DNA of 64,000 nucleotides from NCBI GenBank assembly GCA_000182565.2, contig KQ257450.1. The stretch is one strand, 5' to 3'. This DNA is from Spizellomyces punctatus DAOM BR117 (taxonomy: Eukaryota). Each line of letters opens with the position of its first letter. The first letter of the stretch is position 1. The translations under genes and the position numbers were made by a program. Of this stretch, positions 41,772 to 55,253 are shown piece after piece. Under the pieces are notes generated by a model. That model saw only the letters and a list, made by a program, of their open reading frames with translations, was not told where the DNA came from and did no database searches.

Positions 41772-43398
41772 CTATCGGCTCCCGCTACCCTCCAATTGCG
41801 CCTCCACGCCGCTCTCCGCAGAGCTACCCTTTAACCAGTCATCTAGTGTTGTGGGTGTACAATCGTCAAGGGTCATAGGCCCAAAAGCTCCGTCGCGAAA
41901 GAGTCCTATCATATATTTTGCGGCCCGCTGGATGTCCAGGTCCGTGCCATTCTTCTTGGGACCAAATTCCGCTAATTCCTCTTCATCGAATGCCAGCGCA
42001 AAGCCTTGTAAATCTACATGACCTGCATCGGGATGGCTTCCACGATTCGAAGCACCAGAAAGATTAAATTTGTTTCGACGCGCTATATGCGAGAGAACCT
42101 TTGCAATATCATCAGAGGGACCAGGAAGGCCAAGAATGGCCGGGTATCTGGTGAACAGCGTCCAAGAAGGACCAGGTTAACACAACATATACATCAAATG
42201 AATGCGGGTGCATTCTCACTTTTCTCTGTGTGTAGAGTTGTTTAGCCGAAACAGGAGATAGTCCGCAACGTTCTCCTCCTCCGTAAGTCGATCTTTCGTT
42301 GCACCTTCGGACAAGCAAACAGTGTAGGTAAGGGCATGGAACAAGTAGTAAGAATCATCAGCATACCGGTCAAGGCTATCTTTAATCCTTCTATTGGATG
42401 TGTAAAGTGTGGATCAAATATCCCCGGAGTGTCGACTAGGTAGATTGGGGGGTTGTCGTATATTTTGACCCTCGTCTGGATGGTTTGTGTTACACCTGCC
42501 TGTGGACCAACAGCGCTTACTTTCCCTATATTTATATCACCCATCAGCACCCTTAATGATATGCCCATTTTAGTGATGCCCACTGCTGACCTTTTTTTAC
42601 CCCCACGCGTCGGAGTGCATTGATCAAGGAAGATTTGCCCACATTGGGCAGGCCAACAACAACCATTGATAGGAACGGATATCGATCGGGACTCTGCCTA
42701 TATTTCTCTTGATCGACCATAACGTAAGAAATCATTCACTACAATTAAATAGATTCCTTCTTTGCGTCTCACCTAATGCCCACTCCAAAATCCGCTTGAC
42801 ATGCAGCCCCTTGTCCGCTTGCGTAAATACCACTTGGTCTCGGCCGTGTCGGCGAAAAGCGTCTACGATAGGCTATAAGGCCACATTCAGTTATCCCATC
42901 AGACCCGACGATCTACTCGACGGCCATTATCAGATCTACTACCTTTGTCATATTAGGATTAGCCAAATCCGCCTTATTGTAAACGATCAGTCTAGGTCGT
43001 CTGCCCAATATTTCATCAAACTTTGGGTTCTTGCTGGTCAGCGGTATTCGGGCATCTCGAACCTCTACTACGACGTCTATCTGGTGTATTCCATTTTGAA
43101 GCTGTCGAAGAGCACGACTCTGGTGTGTCGGATACCAGTAAATCTTTTGAGTATGGTTGAATTCGGTACGAAATTGCTGTTCTTGTTGTGAAAAGTCTTC
43201 GGATAAGAGCGGTGGTGAAGCAGTGGGTTTGGACGGTCGGCGCTTGGAAACAGTTGCTTTGGCCGAGCGCGAGCTATAGGTGCGTGTCGTTCGCCACCCG
43301 TATTGTGGTCTTTGGCATAGGGCTGGCAGCAGCTCTTTCATCAAATGTGGCCAATGAAGGCATAACCTTTTAGAAGAAGATAGCGGGGGACCAGTCAT
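41772..43398 (-). CDS. MTG1: Mitochondrial ribosome-assembly GTPase Mtg1 (RbgA/YlqF family)
   Basis: Circularly permuted G motifs: YWYPTHQ, EVRDARIPLTSKNP, NKAD, VGLPNVGKSSLINALR, AGVT, LVDTPG. Confidence 0.92.
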
Positions 43399-43577
43399 GG
43401 TTATTATACATTTGTGTGTTCCAATGAGCTTGCTGATCTTTGTTGGCGAGATGACTAAGGGTCCTCGCTTGACAACGGAATGGATGGCACAGGCGTAGCA
43501 ACTTCAGCACGTGATCTTAACTAGGGCATCTTCAAGTTTCCAGGCTCTCTGCTGCAATTCGGCGCCCCAAGAAAGCC

Positions 43578-44135
43578 ATGGTTCTTCGACCATCTCCATC
43601 ACAAGTATGCCGCTTTTGCAGACTCAGAGCAGAGAGGATAATATTTCGGTTACCTTTGCAACGTACTGAGTCCACAAAGACGCAGCAGGCCCTGCATCCT
43701 GCGATTGTAAGTAGGCTGTAGGGTTCACAGTAATGGACGACGGCGAGCTGATATCTACCATATATGCTCGGATAGCCAAGGACACCTTCGTGGTCACCGC
43801 GAGAATTTCTGAAATCATCTACTATTAACAAACCGCCAATATTTACCAAAACCGAAGTTGCTCACTTGGCCCGCTTGGCGGGTTTGAATATTAAGCCTGA
43901 CGACCTGGAAAAGTACACACACGACATCAATGACCTCTGTGCTATGGTCGATCCTATTCGTAGTGTTGATACCCAGGGCGTGGAACCACTTGTTTCGCTC
44001 GTCAGAGATTACAACGCGACAAGGACTCAATGGCGTGAAGATGTGATACAGAAGGAAACGGACGAACCATCTGGGCGGGCCCTATTGAAGAGCGCTCGAA
44101 AGACAGACGGTCCATATTATGTTGTAGATACTTGA
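43578..44135 (+). CDS. Mitochondrial Glu-tRNA(Gln) amidotransferase subunit C/F-like
   Basis: Presequence-like exon 1 and one intron, then PSWSPREFL...EVAHLARLAGL...IRSVDTQGVEPLVS...ALLKSARKTDGPYYVV (GatC pattern). Confidence 0.78.
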
Positions 44136-44253
44136 AATGTAAAAATATATTTTATTAAAAGGAGAGGTCTCTGAGATATGATGGGAAGGGGCTGTCGCCA
44201 GGAATGTCTGTATGAGGGTGGTGTACAAGTGTCGCAGGGAAACTCAAGAGAAT

Positions 44254-45899
44254 CTACGAGTCGAAAAGCTTGCTGATCTCTACAGAGCAAAGACACTGAA
44301 TCATTGTGATGAGAGACCATCATATCAAAAAACTACTCACGACTGATCTGCGCCTCCGTTAATTTCTCTGGCAACACTACCCCATACTCGACGTATAGGA
44401 ATCCTCGTTCGCTCGGGAATTCATGCGTTGGCATTCCTTGGCCTTTGATCGTTTGCACAAATCCTGGTTGCCCAAAGGGTCAGCTTCGCGAGACATGAAA
44501 CAATAATTACGTGTTGTGCCTACCAGGTTGTGTTATTCCCTCCCTTCGTATCGTGATCTCATTTCCATCTAAATGCTTTAGTTTCTTCTCAAAGCCCAGA
44601 AGGGCTTCTTTTAATGTGATGACTTCCTTGACGTACAGATTGTCACCCTTTCGTGTAAACGTTGGATGGGGCAGTGTACTCAAGGTGAAGATCAAGTCAC
44701 CAGGGGTCATGTCAGGAGATTCGTCTGCTTCTCGGTCCATGACGATTCGCTGCCCATCGTACATGCCCCTCTCGATAGTTACTGTCAGCTGATGACTCCC
44801 ACGTTTTACTTTGTTCCCTTCGCATGCGGGACACTTGCTCTTTACAAGTTTACCCCGACCGCCACAAGCATCACATCTGGTTACAAAGAGATATCGTTAA
44901 GTAAAGCTTGCTAGCGCATGACAACGCATCGTCGATCCGTCCTTACGTCGTTTGCATCTGCTGATACATTCCCGGGCCCAACATTTGTCGCACAATCCTG
45001 ATACCAGCCCCGTTGCAGGCAGTACATTTCACCACATCTTCTGCACGCTTCGCGCCCAACCCCCGACAAGTTGGGCAGATGATTTGTTTGTTGATCTCAA
45101 CCTGTACAAAGGCAATTGGTCATCGTTAGTCCATGTTCCCCGTAGCCCAAGTATATCCTTCATACCTCAATCGTAGTACCCAAGAACAGCTCCTCAAGGG
45201 TCACCTCCAAGTTCATGGCTACCTCTGGGCCCTTTCGCTGCTGTGCATGCTCTGCTCAGAGGCTTTGAGCGGATGTGACAAGTGGGTTACAATGCATAAT
45301 ATTTCCACTCACGGTGCCCAAAACCAAATCCTCCACCAAATCCGGCAAATCTATCATTGTGGATATAAAGCGTTATAATTGTATTCGAAGAGTCACTCGA
45401 GTTAGAGCGTTGCGGAACGACGACATACTGAGCAAAGATATCAAATGGATTGTGGAACTGTTGATGACCTCCTCCTTTGAGACCTTCCTCTCCGTATTGA
45501 TCATATATTCGTCTCTTCTCATCGTCTGCCAACACCTCATATGCTGACAAGTGTGATTGTACACAATGTGAATAAAGCGCTTGCAAGCATCCGGTAAAAG
45601 TTGCCTCGTACCTTGCGCTAGTTCGACAAATTTGGCCTCGGCATCCTTATCTCCAGGATTCTTGTCTGGGTGATACTTTTTAGATAGTTCCTTGTATGCT
45701 TTTTTTATTTGACGCTGTTTTTGATGGGCATCATGAGAATCGTCATGTGGTCGGGGAATTTCAAGAGATCACTCACCTTTGTCGCGCTTCTATCCACCCC
45801 AAGGACCCCATAGTAGTCAGACCCCGCTAGCACCGATGGGATATCCAGTAGCAGTACTATGAAAGCTACAAGGATAGCAATACGAAGAGACAATCTCAT
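44254..45899 (-). CDS. SCJ1: ER-luminal Hsp40 (Scj1-like, type I DnaJ)
   Basis: Signal peptide, [17 protein letters not shown] region, CxxCxGxG zinc-finger repeats, and DnaJ C-terminal domain (PGDLIF...[11 protein letters not shown]). Confidence 0.9.
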
Positions 45900-46042
45900 G
45901 GTTGTGGGTGCACGGAGAGCGCTGCGCGCTGCAGGCGCTTCAGATCTGAGGACGACAAGCGTCCAGTGGCACAGGTGGCACAGTCAACCCGAGCTTACTT
46001 GATCGACGTTGTCGGTTTGTTGTTGGCAATGCCGAAGACATT

Positions 46043-46549
46043 ATGCCGGAATCCGACGTAGAACTTGTTGGCCGCATTCAAGATGTCATCTCAACACTTT
46101 CAAGTGGAGACTCTGAGAGATACGGTACTGAAACAATTCGAAAACTCAAGGTGGTTCAAGCACGTCCTGGCCAACTTGTATTTGAAGTGACCGTTACAAA
46201 GGACCTTTTGAACCACTTTGGTGCACTTCATGGGGCAGCTATAGCTCTGGTAAGCATTTGTGCTTTGGTCTTCAACGTTAGGTATTGCTTACATGATTGG
46301 TCAAAGATGGTAGACTTTTGTACATCGTTGGCCTTAATTTCTGCGGGAAAAGATGCCGGAGCAAGCGTGGATCTCAGCACGCAATATCTCTCTAGTGCTA
46401 GAGAAGGCGATGTTGTACTTGTATCTGCCGATATTGTGAAGACCGGAGGGACCCTTGCGTTCACCAAAACTGTGATATGTGCCAAGGATAGCGGGAAAAT
46501 AATTGCAAGTGGAACACATATGAAGTTTATAAAGGCTTCCAAGCTGTAG
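46043..46549 (+). CDS. PaaI/hotdog-fold acyl-CoA thioesterase (ACOT13-like)
   Basis: NHFGALHGAAIAL..D motif, GASVDLSTQYLSSA and IASGTHMKF; probably one short in-frame intron near 46250. Confidence 0.88.
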   Translation: MPESDVELVGRIQDVISTLSSGDSERYGTETIRKLKVVQARPGQLVFEVTVTKDLLNHFGALHGAAIALVSICALVFNVRYCLHDWSKMVDFCTSLALISAGKDAGASVDLSTQYLSSAREGDVVLVSADIVKTGGTLAFTKTVICAKDSGKIIASGTHMKFIKASKL

Positions 46550-47164
46550 ATCCAGCTGTATATCCAAGCTGTAGATTGTGTAGATATCAGATCAAGTACC
46601 GGTGGTGATGGTTCATCTCCTGGGAGGCAGTAGGCGTCATCAGGGCCATAGTCGTCTGTACGGTCATGAGCCGTGTGCGCGAGAACACGGATGTGAAAAC
46701 AAGTTTTACATCTTAGTGATGCGGTGTTAGATACTCAAATGATAGACATTAGGCAGTAAAAGCAAAATCATCGATACTGCTACTTTTCAATACATTCTAA
46801 GGGGGGTATTTGACAGCCACACTCGTAACGAGGAACGCCGCCCCATTGGAAGATGAGCAAATGGTCACGACAATGTTATGTCGTCGCCACTATGTAGAAC
46901 AACCATCATATGCAAAAGGCCGTTCAGTACATAGGTAATCTTGTTAGAGGTGCCCATTTTGTCGGTCTGCATCATAGAAACCCCAAGACAAGCGGAAAGC
47001 AATACTTGGTAGTGTATGTATATATTCAAAACAATCAAATGGCGTGTTTTGCAGCTTGCTCAAGGAATCAAGGACAGTAAACTAACAAGCCTCTACTATG
47101 GTACAGGGAGGAAACTATTCGCTTTCTCGAGCCTCAAAGCTGGCGTGTGGGCAGAACTCAACAC

Positions 47165-47845
47165 TTAGTTGCCTACAAAGTAGGATCAGTATCTGTATCC
47201 TACATGCTGATCTGAATGATGTCTAGAGTACTCACCCTTGGGGGCTTCCTTGAAAGACAACGCGTGCTCTTCACCCATAGCGGCAACAACGGTCACCAAG
47301 AGCTCCTTGCCATCGTGGAACTCCGCCTGCATCTTCTCGCCAACCTCTCCCTCGGGAAGCTTCACATCGTCCTTGGTGCTACCATCAGCGTTCATCAAGG
47401 ACAAGAAGCCATCGTCAATGTCCAAGAGGGGCAACTCAGTCCTGGTGACATTGGGGACGTCCATGTTGTGGGTAGAGGGGGAGATGTCCTCAAGCTTCTT
47501 GCCAGTGAAGATGTCAATGGCAACCAGGTGGACCTAATGGAAAGAGTACCAGGTGAGACAACGTCCCTGTTTCGGTTTCAACATGTAACATTTACCTTGG
47601 CGTGACCGTGCTTGCCGGTCTTGGAGGTCGACATGTCAACAATCTTGCAAGGGCGACCTTTGATCACAACGTGACCGTTCTTACGCAGGGCAGAGCACTG
47701 GTTTGCAACGGCGCAAAAGTAAGTCACCAACTCAAGTTTGGATGCAGATCAGCACGTTAGCAAGGGACGGTACCTGCATAGGGTAGGTCAGGGAAGCCCC
47801 AGACCCGGCGTGCTCGAACTCTTCGTGGTGATCTTCGTCAGCCAT
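47165..47845 (-). CDS. eIF5A: Translation factor eIF5A
   Basis: [43 protein letters not shown] (hypusine motif)...[12 protein letters not shown]; three introns. Confidence 0.97.
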
Positions 47846-48207
47846 TGTTGTTGAATTCTGCACGAGTGTGAGGTAGTTGGTCAGCGTGACATGAAAAACG
47901 CAAGCGGCTCCTCCACTAATTCCACCACAGAACTCACATTTGGAGGGTGTCGAGACAGAGGCCGGGATGAAAAAGAAAGTTGAAAAGGAACGAACGTTCA
48001 ACAACCGCGTTGGTTTTCCTTTTGAAAAAAGACTTTCCGCCTTCGAGACAACTCGACGAAACCTTTTTTTTGAAGCAACAACACCAACAACCGCCAATCA
48101 TGACTGTGCCATCTTTATCACATGATGTTGTCATGTGACTGAATTCTTTTTGGATTTGTTCGAGTTGGATTTGGGGTGGGATCTTGAGATATTGAAAACT
48201 GCTAAAG

Positions 48208-50000
48208 ATGACGCTGCTTGAAAGTCTTCTTGATGAAATATCTAGTACAACTCCGGTCGACTTTGACCCGGAGAAGGCAAGTGCAGATGCTATCGGACTG
48301 GGGGCAGAGTCAAATAGTGAGGCCGAGGGCGAGGATGCAACAGCAACGGAGCACTACGTCGCGGTTGGGTTAGTATGGCGTTCTGAGGACACATGCCGCT
48401 GTTCCTAATTAACCACATCCTTTGCACAGACGGGGAAAGATAAGAAATCAATTAGGGATTGACTTGGAAGATCCAAAGTACGCCGGACGTAAGGTATCGC
48501 GTAAGAAGGCGTTCGAGGAAGAGGAGGAAGAAGAGGAAGACGAGAGCGAGTTTTTAGATAGCCAAGATGTGGATGGAGAGTTTGATAGTGAAGGCGACGA
48601 GGAAGGTTCCGAATTGGATGCGATGGATATCGCAAAGCCTTCTGAGGATGAGGAGGACGGCGAAGAGGAGGATATGCAATATGACGAGAGCGATAGTCAT
48701 GACACGGACGAGGACGAAGAGGGAGAAGAAGAGGATGACAAAAGTAATGGCGTGGCCGAGGCTCGCTTGGCAAAAGAGCTAGAACAGCTGGAGGTGGAAG
48801 AGAAAAAGCTTATCAAGAGCATGTCGGTCTCCGCAAAAGCCGATGTAGAGAAGGGACAACACGTCCGAGCTCAGATTGTGAGTATGCAACATTATCTGTA
48901 TATACCCTGCTCGCAAATGTCTGAACTTTGACCTTCTTCCTGACAGTCGCTATGGGACTCGCTCCTTGACGGCCGAATCCGCATTCAGCGAGCAGTCGCT
49001 GTCGCCAACCGATTTCCAAAACCTGACGTCTACCAAGACTTCCTCGCCGACAAGACATCACAAACTGCTGTGCTAGATGGCATTGCCACAGCATCCCAGG
49101 AGCTCGTCACCCTCGTCGACGAGCTTCTAGACCTCCGAACCGCCTTGATCGCCAACAATGAACATGTTGCAGAAGTTGTTAAATCCGCTTCCAATCCGCG
49201 AAAGCGAAAACGAGATCATACCAACCCCTCCGTACTTATCCAGTCAATATGGCAAGACATTGAACCGCTCGATAGAGAGTTCAAGGATTACCGCGATAAA
49301 ACTATTGACAAGTGGAACAATAAAGTGCAATTAGCAAGTGGGATACCCCTCCAGAAAAAGTTCAAAGCCATCAACCAGAGTACTTTGAGCCAGATCAAAC
49401 AGATTCTGGGAGATAAGGATCGATTGATTAAGCGAACTCAGTTGAGGAGATCAGATTATCGCTGCTTGGGGGAAACTGAAAAGAGCGAAGCAGAGGACCA
49501 AGAAAAGGAAGTCAGTGAAGGAAAGGGTGACGCACATTTGTCAAATCACGATGCGGAAATCTTTGACGATGGAGATTATTATCAACAATTGCTAAAGGAG
49601 TTGATTGAGACTAGGATGGCGGACACAGGTGCGTGTCTGACTTCTTATTCCAAATTTGGCATTATTGCTCATTCGATCTCCTCAATGTATAACAGACGAT
49701 CCTGTTCTTCTTGGCATGAAATTCGCCCAACTGAAGCAACTGCAACAGAAGCAAAAGAAGAAGAAGAAGGTTGATACGAAAGCCTCCAAAGGCCGAAAAA
49801 TACGCTATCACGTACATGAAAAACTTCAAAATTTTATGGCTCCCGAACCGAAAGGAACCTGGCATGAAGAGATGGTGGACGAGCTGTTTGCCGCCTTGCT
49901 GGGACAGGCGAATCAGGAAGGGAGTATGAAGGAAATAGGCGTTGTACAAGAAGGAACGAACTTGCAGTCGGCGGATGGGCTGAAGATTCTTGTTGGATAA
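48208..50000 (+). CDS. BFR2: Bfr2/AATF ribosome biogenesis factor
   Basis: EHYVAVG, DPKYAGRKVSR, acidic tract, KGQHVRAQ, LWDSLLDGRIRIQ, IFDDGDYYQQLLKELIE, VDTKASKGRKIRYHVHEKLQNFMAP. Confidence 0.95.
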
Positions 50001-50145
50001 TCCTTAAGACAAGTGTTCATATTGTTTATATTTAAAATGCAGAATAGATAGGCACGCGACATGTAACAAATAGCAAAACCGTCTGATAGAGAATTAGGTC
50101 TCACAGTAATAGGTTATAAACAGGTCAAATCAACACAAATCATCT

Positions 50146-52828
50146 TAATCTGATAAGTCCTTTTTCACCGCTCGTGCCCGCCGCCGCTTGAGAGCAGCAG
50201 GTTCTGGTGTTGCACTGCTTACTATCACTATATCCTCATTAATAGGTCCATCTGGTGTCAGTATGGCTTCAAGTTTCCGTTTTTGCAGCTGAAAAGAACG
50301 CGTGTGAATGGCACGTGAAAAGGATGGTTCCAAAAGATGCATTATACCCGTGTCATTCGACCATCTGGTATGGGAAAGGGGGAATTGGCTTGCATAAACC
50401 CGTTCTCTATTGGACCCTCATGATGGGGTTCCACTTGCTGTCTCGCTGCCGTTACTGGTAATCTCTCCTTTGATGAGGAATCTTCGAAAGCTTCCACCAC
50501 AATTACGTCAGGAACATCCTGTTCAATTGTAGTAGCCGGCGGCGGTTTTTTGAGCGTCAGTCGAGAGAATTTGGTGGTCTCCCGACCATGAGCTGCAGCT
50601 CGGGCATGCAAACCCGAGCGGATACATATGTCGTCCCATCTGCCACATAAGCATGAATCGCACAAACTCAAACTCACATTATTGACGTACCTTTCGTCCT
50701 CGAGTTCAAGCTCGAAACCTTTCGCGCTGGGAGGCGCTGTCGCGTTTAATGGAACCTCGGATTGGGCAGCGCGCGAAGACTGCGCACCATTAGACCACCC
50801 CGTACTCTTGGCACTACCAGTATCTGTACCTGACGCAGAGCAAGAATGTTCTTTAGACGCTGAGGGACTATATTGTGCCGGGTAGACCGCGGGTGTGTGA
50901 GAAACAGTCCCGGAAGCCGGCGGCACGTGCAATCTATATAGATTTTGGTATCCTGGACCGCCTTGCATATACAACATCCCCAGTGAAGATGATTCCTCTA
51001 TTTTCACTTGATGATTGCCCCAAGGAGCAACATTGCACGCTACTGCCGATCTTGGTAAGATGCTAATCAAAATTCGCGATGGAACCGACCAACTAGCCTA
51101 CCTCTCGCATAATCTGATTGCGCGATGTTAAAGGCAGGGAGAATGGCGCTACTTGCTGCCCAATGAGGAGGCACTGCATAATGTGTTTGCTGCGCTCCTG
51201 ATCGCCAGGTTGAAGACGCTAGACTAGTGACACCATTCTCACCGTCCAAATTCGTCCTCTGCTTGGTCTCTTTTGAGCCTGTTGTCGCGGACTCGAGCAT
51301 TTGCCGCAACGCTTCACAACCCTCCTTGTTATTCGCGTCCAAAGTCTCTTGCCGACCTTGAATCTCGGTCGCAGTTTTCATTAGCGAGCCCAATAGGGCC
51401 TTGTGGCCCGTCAATGCTAAAACAATCGACTCTAAGGTAGCATCATTTTTCAGCCGACTTTCACGAATCTTTGTGGCCTCCAAGTTGACGGCTCTTTCCT
51501 GGCGAAGTATGTCAGTCTTGATGTCCGTCAGTGTCTGCTGCTCAGTGACCAGTTTTTGGGCAAGATCCTTGAGCTGGGCCAGAATCTCCGTCTGCTGCTC
51601 CTGGCTCTTCTGATGGTCCTATGACTGAGGTGATGAGTATACGATGCTTGTACTTATGAGGTTACCAACTCGTCGCCTCAATTCACCTCAATTAGTTTAT
51701 CGAGCTTGGCAGTTGTGGCATCAGCCGTTTTCTGCATTGCCTCACCGACACTTGTTGTCAGTGTGTCCAAATAAGGGAGTACATGAACTTGGACTTTATA
51801 AAATAGCCAATTAGACAACCGGAGAAATCATAGAGCATGCCATAAATCGCCTCCATTACCGAAGCAATCAAACGCCTGGTTCAGATTTTCTGGCTGCAAT
51901 ATCGCTTTGGCTTTCCCGGCCTCGGCTTCAATATTATCACGTACTTGCTGCAAGTGACCGAAAGCCAGCTTCATTTGCTTGAGCATCTCTCCCATCAAAT
52001 TTTCTAGATTCTTCTTCATAATAAACGCTTTGGGTTCAGCTCCTGTAGGGGCAGGAGCTGGTGAGAATTGAGTGTAGATGGTCGGACGCGGATGACTTTG
52101 CGATAGCGGCGTGGCAGGAAGATATGTTTCGCTACTTTGCGACAATAACCGCTGTGAGTCAATGGGTGAAGGCATAGATGGAACAAAAGGAGGCGGCTTG
52201 GAAAACATGCCGAGGTTGTACACTCTTCTGGGCTGCTAGACATGCCCAGGAAGAAGTGAAATATTTAAGTTGCTATTCTGATGGGGCACTGTCAACACTG
52301 GGCTTGGGTGCAAACCTGTACTGATTGAGCGGTAGTAGGTTGAGTTCTTCCATTATGAACTACCTTTGGTACCGGAGCGACAGGAACGGCGGCGCTAGAT
52401 CGATGAGGCGTTCCGGGTCTCGGCGTGCGTGGGTCGCTTTGAGAGACCGCAGTCCGCGGAAAGGGGCTAGCGCAGGTCACATCGCTTCTCTGCGACTCTG
52501 CGTCATCCCTATTATCCCCTCTTACGCTGGTATTGGCTTCGCCCTCCAGCTGCGACACGCCATAACTCTCAAACTGTGATGCCTGGGTAAAATTCCCACG
52601 TAAAAATGGTGGCGATGAGGTATCCGTATCTACATTGTAATTGTCTATCAAAGTATTGACTTGACTGCTAGAGTCCGGTAAGGAGACTGAAAGTAGGCCT
52701 TTTTGGGAAGCAGCTCCGCTAGTAGGGTGTGGAGATGGGCCCGATCGTGAGAACAATTTGCTAGACAGTCCCTCGTCAGATACAGCTTGCGCCGCAGAAG
52801 TCGGAAGGAAGGCCCCTGAGTAGGTCAT
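50146..52828 (-). CDS. Multi-exon protein of unknown function: S/TQ-rich N-terminus, central coiled coil, basic C-terminus
   Basis: ORF-track pieces 52292-52828, 51828-52223, 51067-51483, 50342-51070 and 50145-50342 can be joined through GT-AG introns. Confidence 0.65.
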
Positions 52829-53686
52829 TCCGCAACGTCCCGTGTTGAAGGGGAAGCCTCAAGGGTGAATTGGCTCGTGCTTTTATTATTAAGCGTTGGG
52901 CGCCGCGGAAGGAGAGCGTGAAAGGAGTAAAACGCGCAGGAGGTTGCTTCTGGAAGAGAGCGCGTTTGGACGGAACATTTCCATGTCTTTTGCTGCGCAC
53001 CCAGGGTTTTCTCCTTCCTTCCTTCTCAAAGGGGCATCCGCACGATGCTTTACCCCCTCTTGCACGCGCTCACACTAAAAAGGAGAACATGGAACGTTGC
53101 GGAAGCACGTACTTGAGCGCATGTTATAAAGACCAGGTGAAGGTTCTCGTACCCAATACGTAACTCACTTGCTCACTTTTGCTAGGTGGGAACCAGATGA
53201 TGGTTGAGCAGGTCCACGGGCAAGGAACACCTCGAGGAACGCAAACATGGCGCGAGTGGATTCATCGCTGGAGCAGGAACGCCGAGTCGAATCGTGCGTG
53301 CGTGCTTTGGAAAGTGATCTCTTCCGCGACTGCAAATAACCTGCTAGCATTGAGAGGAATGGTATTACTTGATGGCCGAGTGACATACTCGTCCTAAATG
53401 ACTATTGGACTAGAGCTTGGCTCGCCGACCATTTGTGATGACATGGTGGCCAAGATGAGCCTGCTGCCATGGGAAATGCTCACTGCTGACGCAAGTGTTC
53501 ATTGACTGCGCAGCTGGATATAACCACTTCCATGCGGCCCTACCGCTAGCATTGGAAGCTATAAAGGTAAGAGAGGACTATGTCCCAACTTATTATAAGT
53601 CGCGATATCTTCTTCCACATTGTTGCAGAGCTGCACGTCTCTTTAATTCCGCTATTGAGTGATGTAAAGGACTTCTATTATACTTC

Positions 53687-55253
53687 CTAAACCCTGCGTG
53701 CGCTCTTGCTGTCCTTTTGAATCTTTTGCTGGATAACATGGAGTACCTTCGCGTGGAAATTTGGAACGCCGTCATACCCTTCGCAAAAAGAACGGTGAAT
53801 GTTTTGGTCCAGAAACTACCGCAACCTGTATTACCTGGACCTGAATGAATTTGGAAGTTAGATGAGAATGAGAAACAATGAGCGAACAAAGCGAGATAGT
53901 GCAACTTACAGTAATTGATGTCGATTACAAAGTGTTGCCCAGTTCCACTTTCGACAATCAGATCGAATCCAAACAGGGTAAGCTGCAACTCTTTTGCTAA
54001 TACTCGCGCAATCTCGTGTGCACGGCCTGTATCCAGTTCAAGTTCCTTTGCTTTTCGTGCATCGGATGAGAGTCTAGTCGCAAAGGTTGGGAGATTAGAA
54101 TTGGAGTGAGAAGCAGAATCTTCAGCAAAGGACTTTGGAATTTTCTGCGAATCGAAATGGAATATGCCTGTGCGCCAAGGTATTTAGCTTCTTCGCCCTT
54201 TGCTATAGAGGTTTCCGTGCACATTGGTACAGACCGTGGCCCGATGTGATGTTTTGCAACGATGGACGCACAACGGTATGTACGTGATCTCCAACAACAA
54301 ACACTTTGAATATTACCCCGTCATGGTTCACCCACTCTTGGAGGAACCACTTGTCTGCCGACGGACTCTCTGGAGGTCCGGCTAATTCCGTCAACGCGGT
54401 ATTCAACTGTTGAGAAGATGGTACAATGGCCATCTAATTCACGGAATATCAGGATGCAACTTTCTCCCCATCAGTAAACGAGTTTGCAGGACCTGATGCG
54501 CGGCTTGGGAGGAAGCGGCAGTCACATGCTTTATGACTAGGTTGCATGAATGTCTGCCCAAAAACAAATCCAAAAAGAATACCAGGAGACACCCAGTACA
54601 TACCTGCAGGGAACTTGACCAGATTCACATACTTTTGCGACAAAAGTTCCGCCCTGGACAAAACCGCAAAAGGTGCAATATGAAACAACGTCACTGACAA
54701 GATCGCGAATAGCAGTTCAGCTTCAGAGCTGCTATTTTTCCCCTAATCATGTGAGGCACAGACCATTCTCTTTTCGGGTTTTTTGGATGATGTCCTGCAA
54801 AAGAACCATGGTACGCTCCCTTTTCAATAGCCGGCGTACTGCCGGTAGAGGGTCGAGAACAGGTGTGTTTGCTACGAACGACTGTTCATCAAAAGGTTAA
54901 GAATGCTAGCAAATATCTCCATTTGACATGCTTTGACTGGCCACCTCAAACTTTTGGACCTGTTCGACTGCCTTTGGGTCCCCATCTTCCGCTCGATCCA
55001 ATATATTCGTCAATTTGTGAATTACAATATCTGCACTAGCATCATGAGAGCTTTCGTCCAGGTTGAGAATGTGGACATCGTAGCCTTGGATTCTGTAAGA
55101 ACGCGCCATCAGCCAGGCACACTGGTCACCACTGTAGCTCAAGACTCCAAATTGTGGATCTGTCAAGCCATACTTTGCGTATTCTGAGAAACCCGCCCAA
55201 CCGCTCTTGGTGTGCTTGTTTTCTGTAAAGGCGAGAACTATCGTGGGCGACAT
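53687..55253 (-). CDS. ITPK1: Inositol-tetrakisphosphate 1-kinase (ITPK1, ATP-grasp)
   Basis: [57 protein letters not shown]...[12 protein letters not shown]. Confidence 0.9.

Noticed and set aside
50145-51483. Apparent chain of separate or frameshifted ORFs
   Set aside because: The breaks coincide with GT-AG introns, so this is one intact gene and not a pseudogene.
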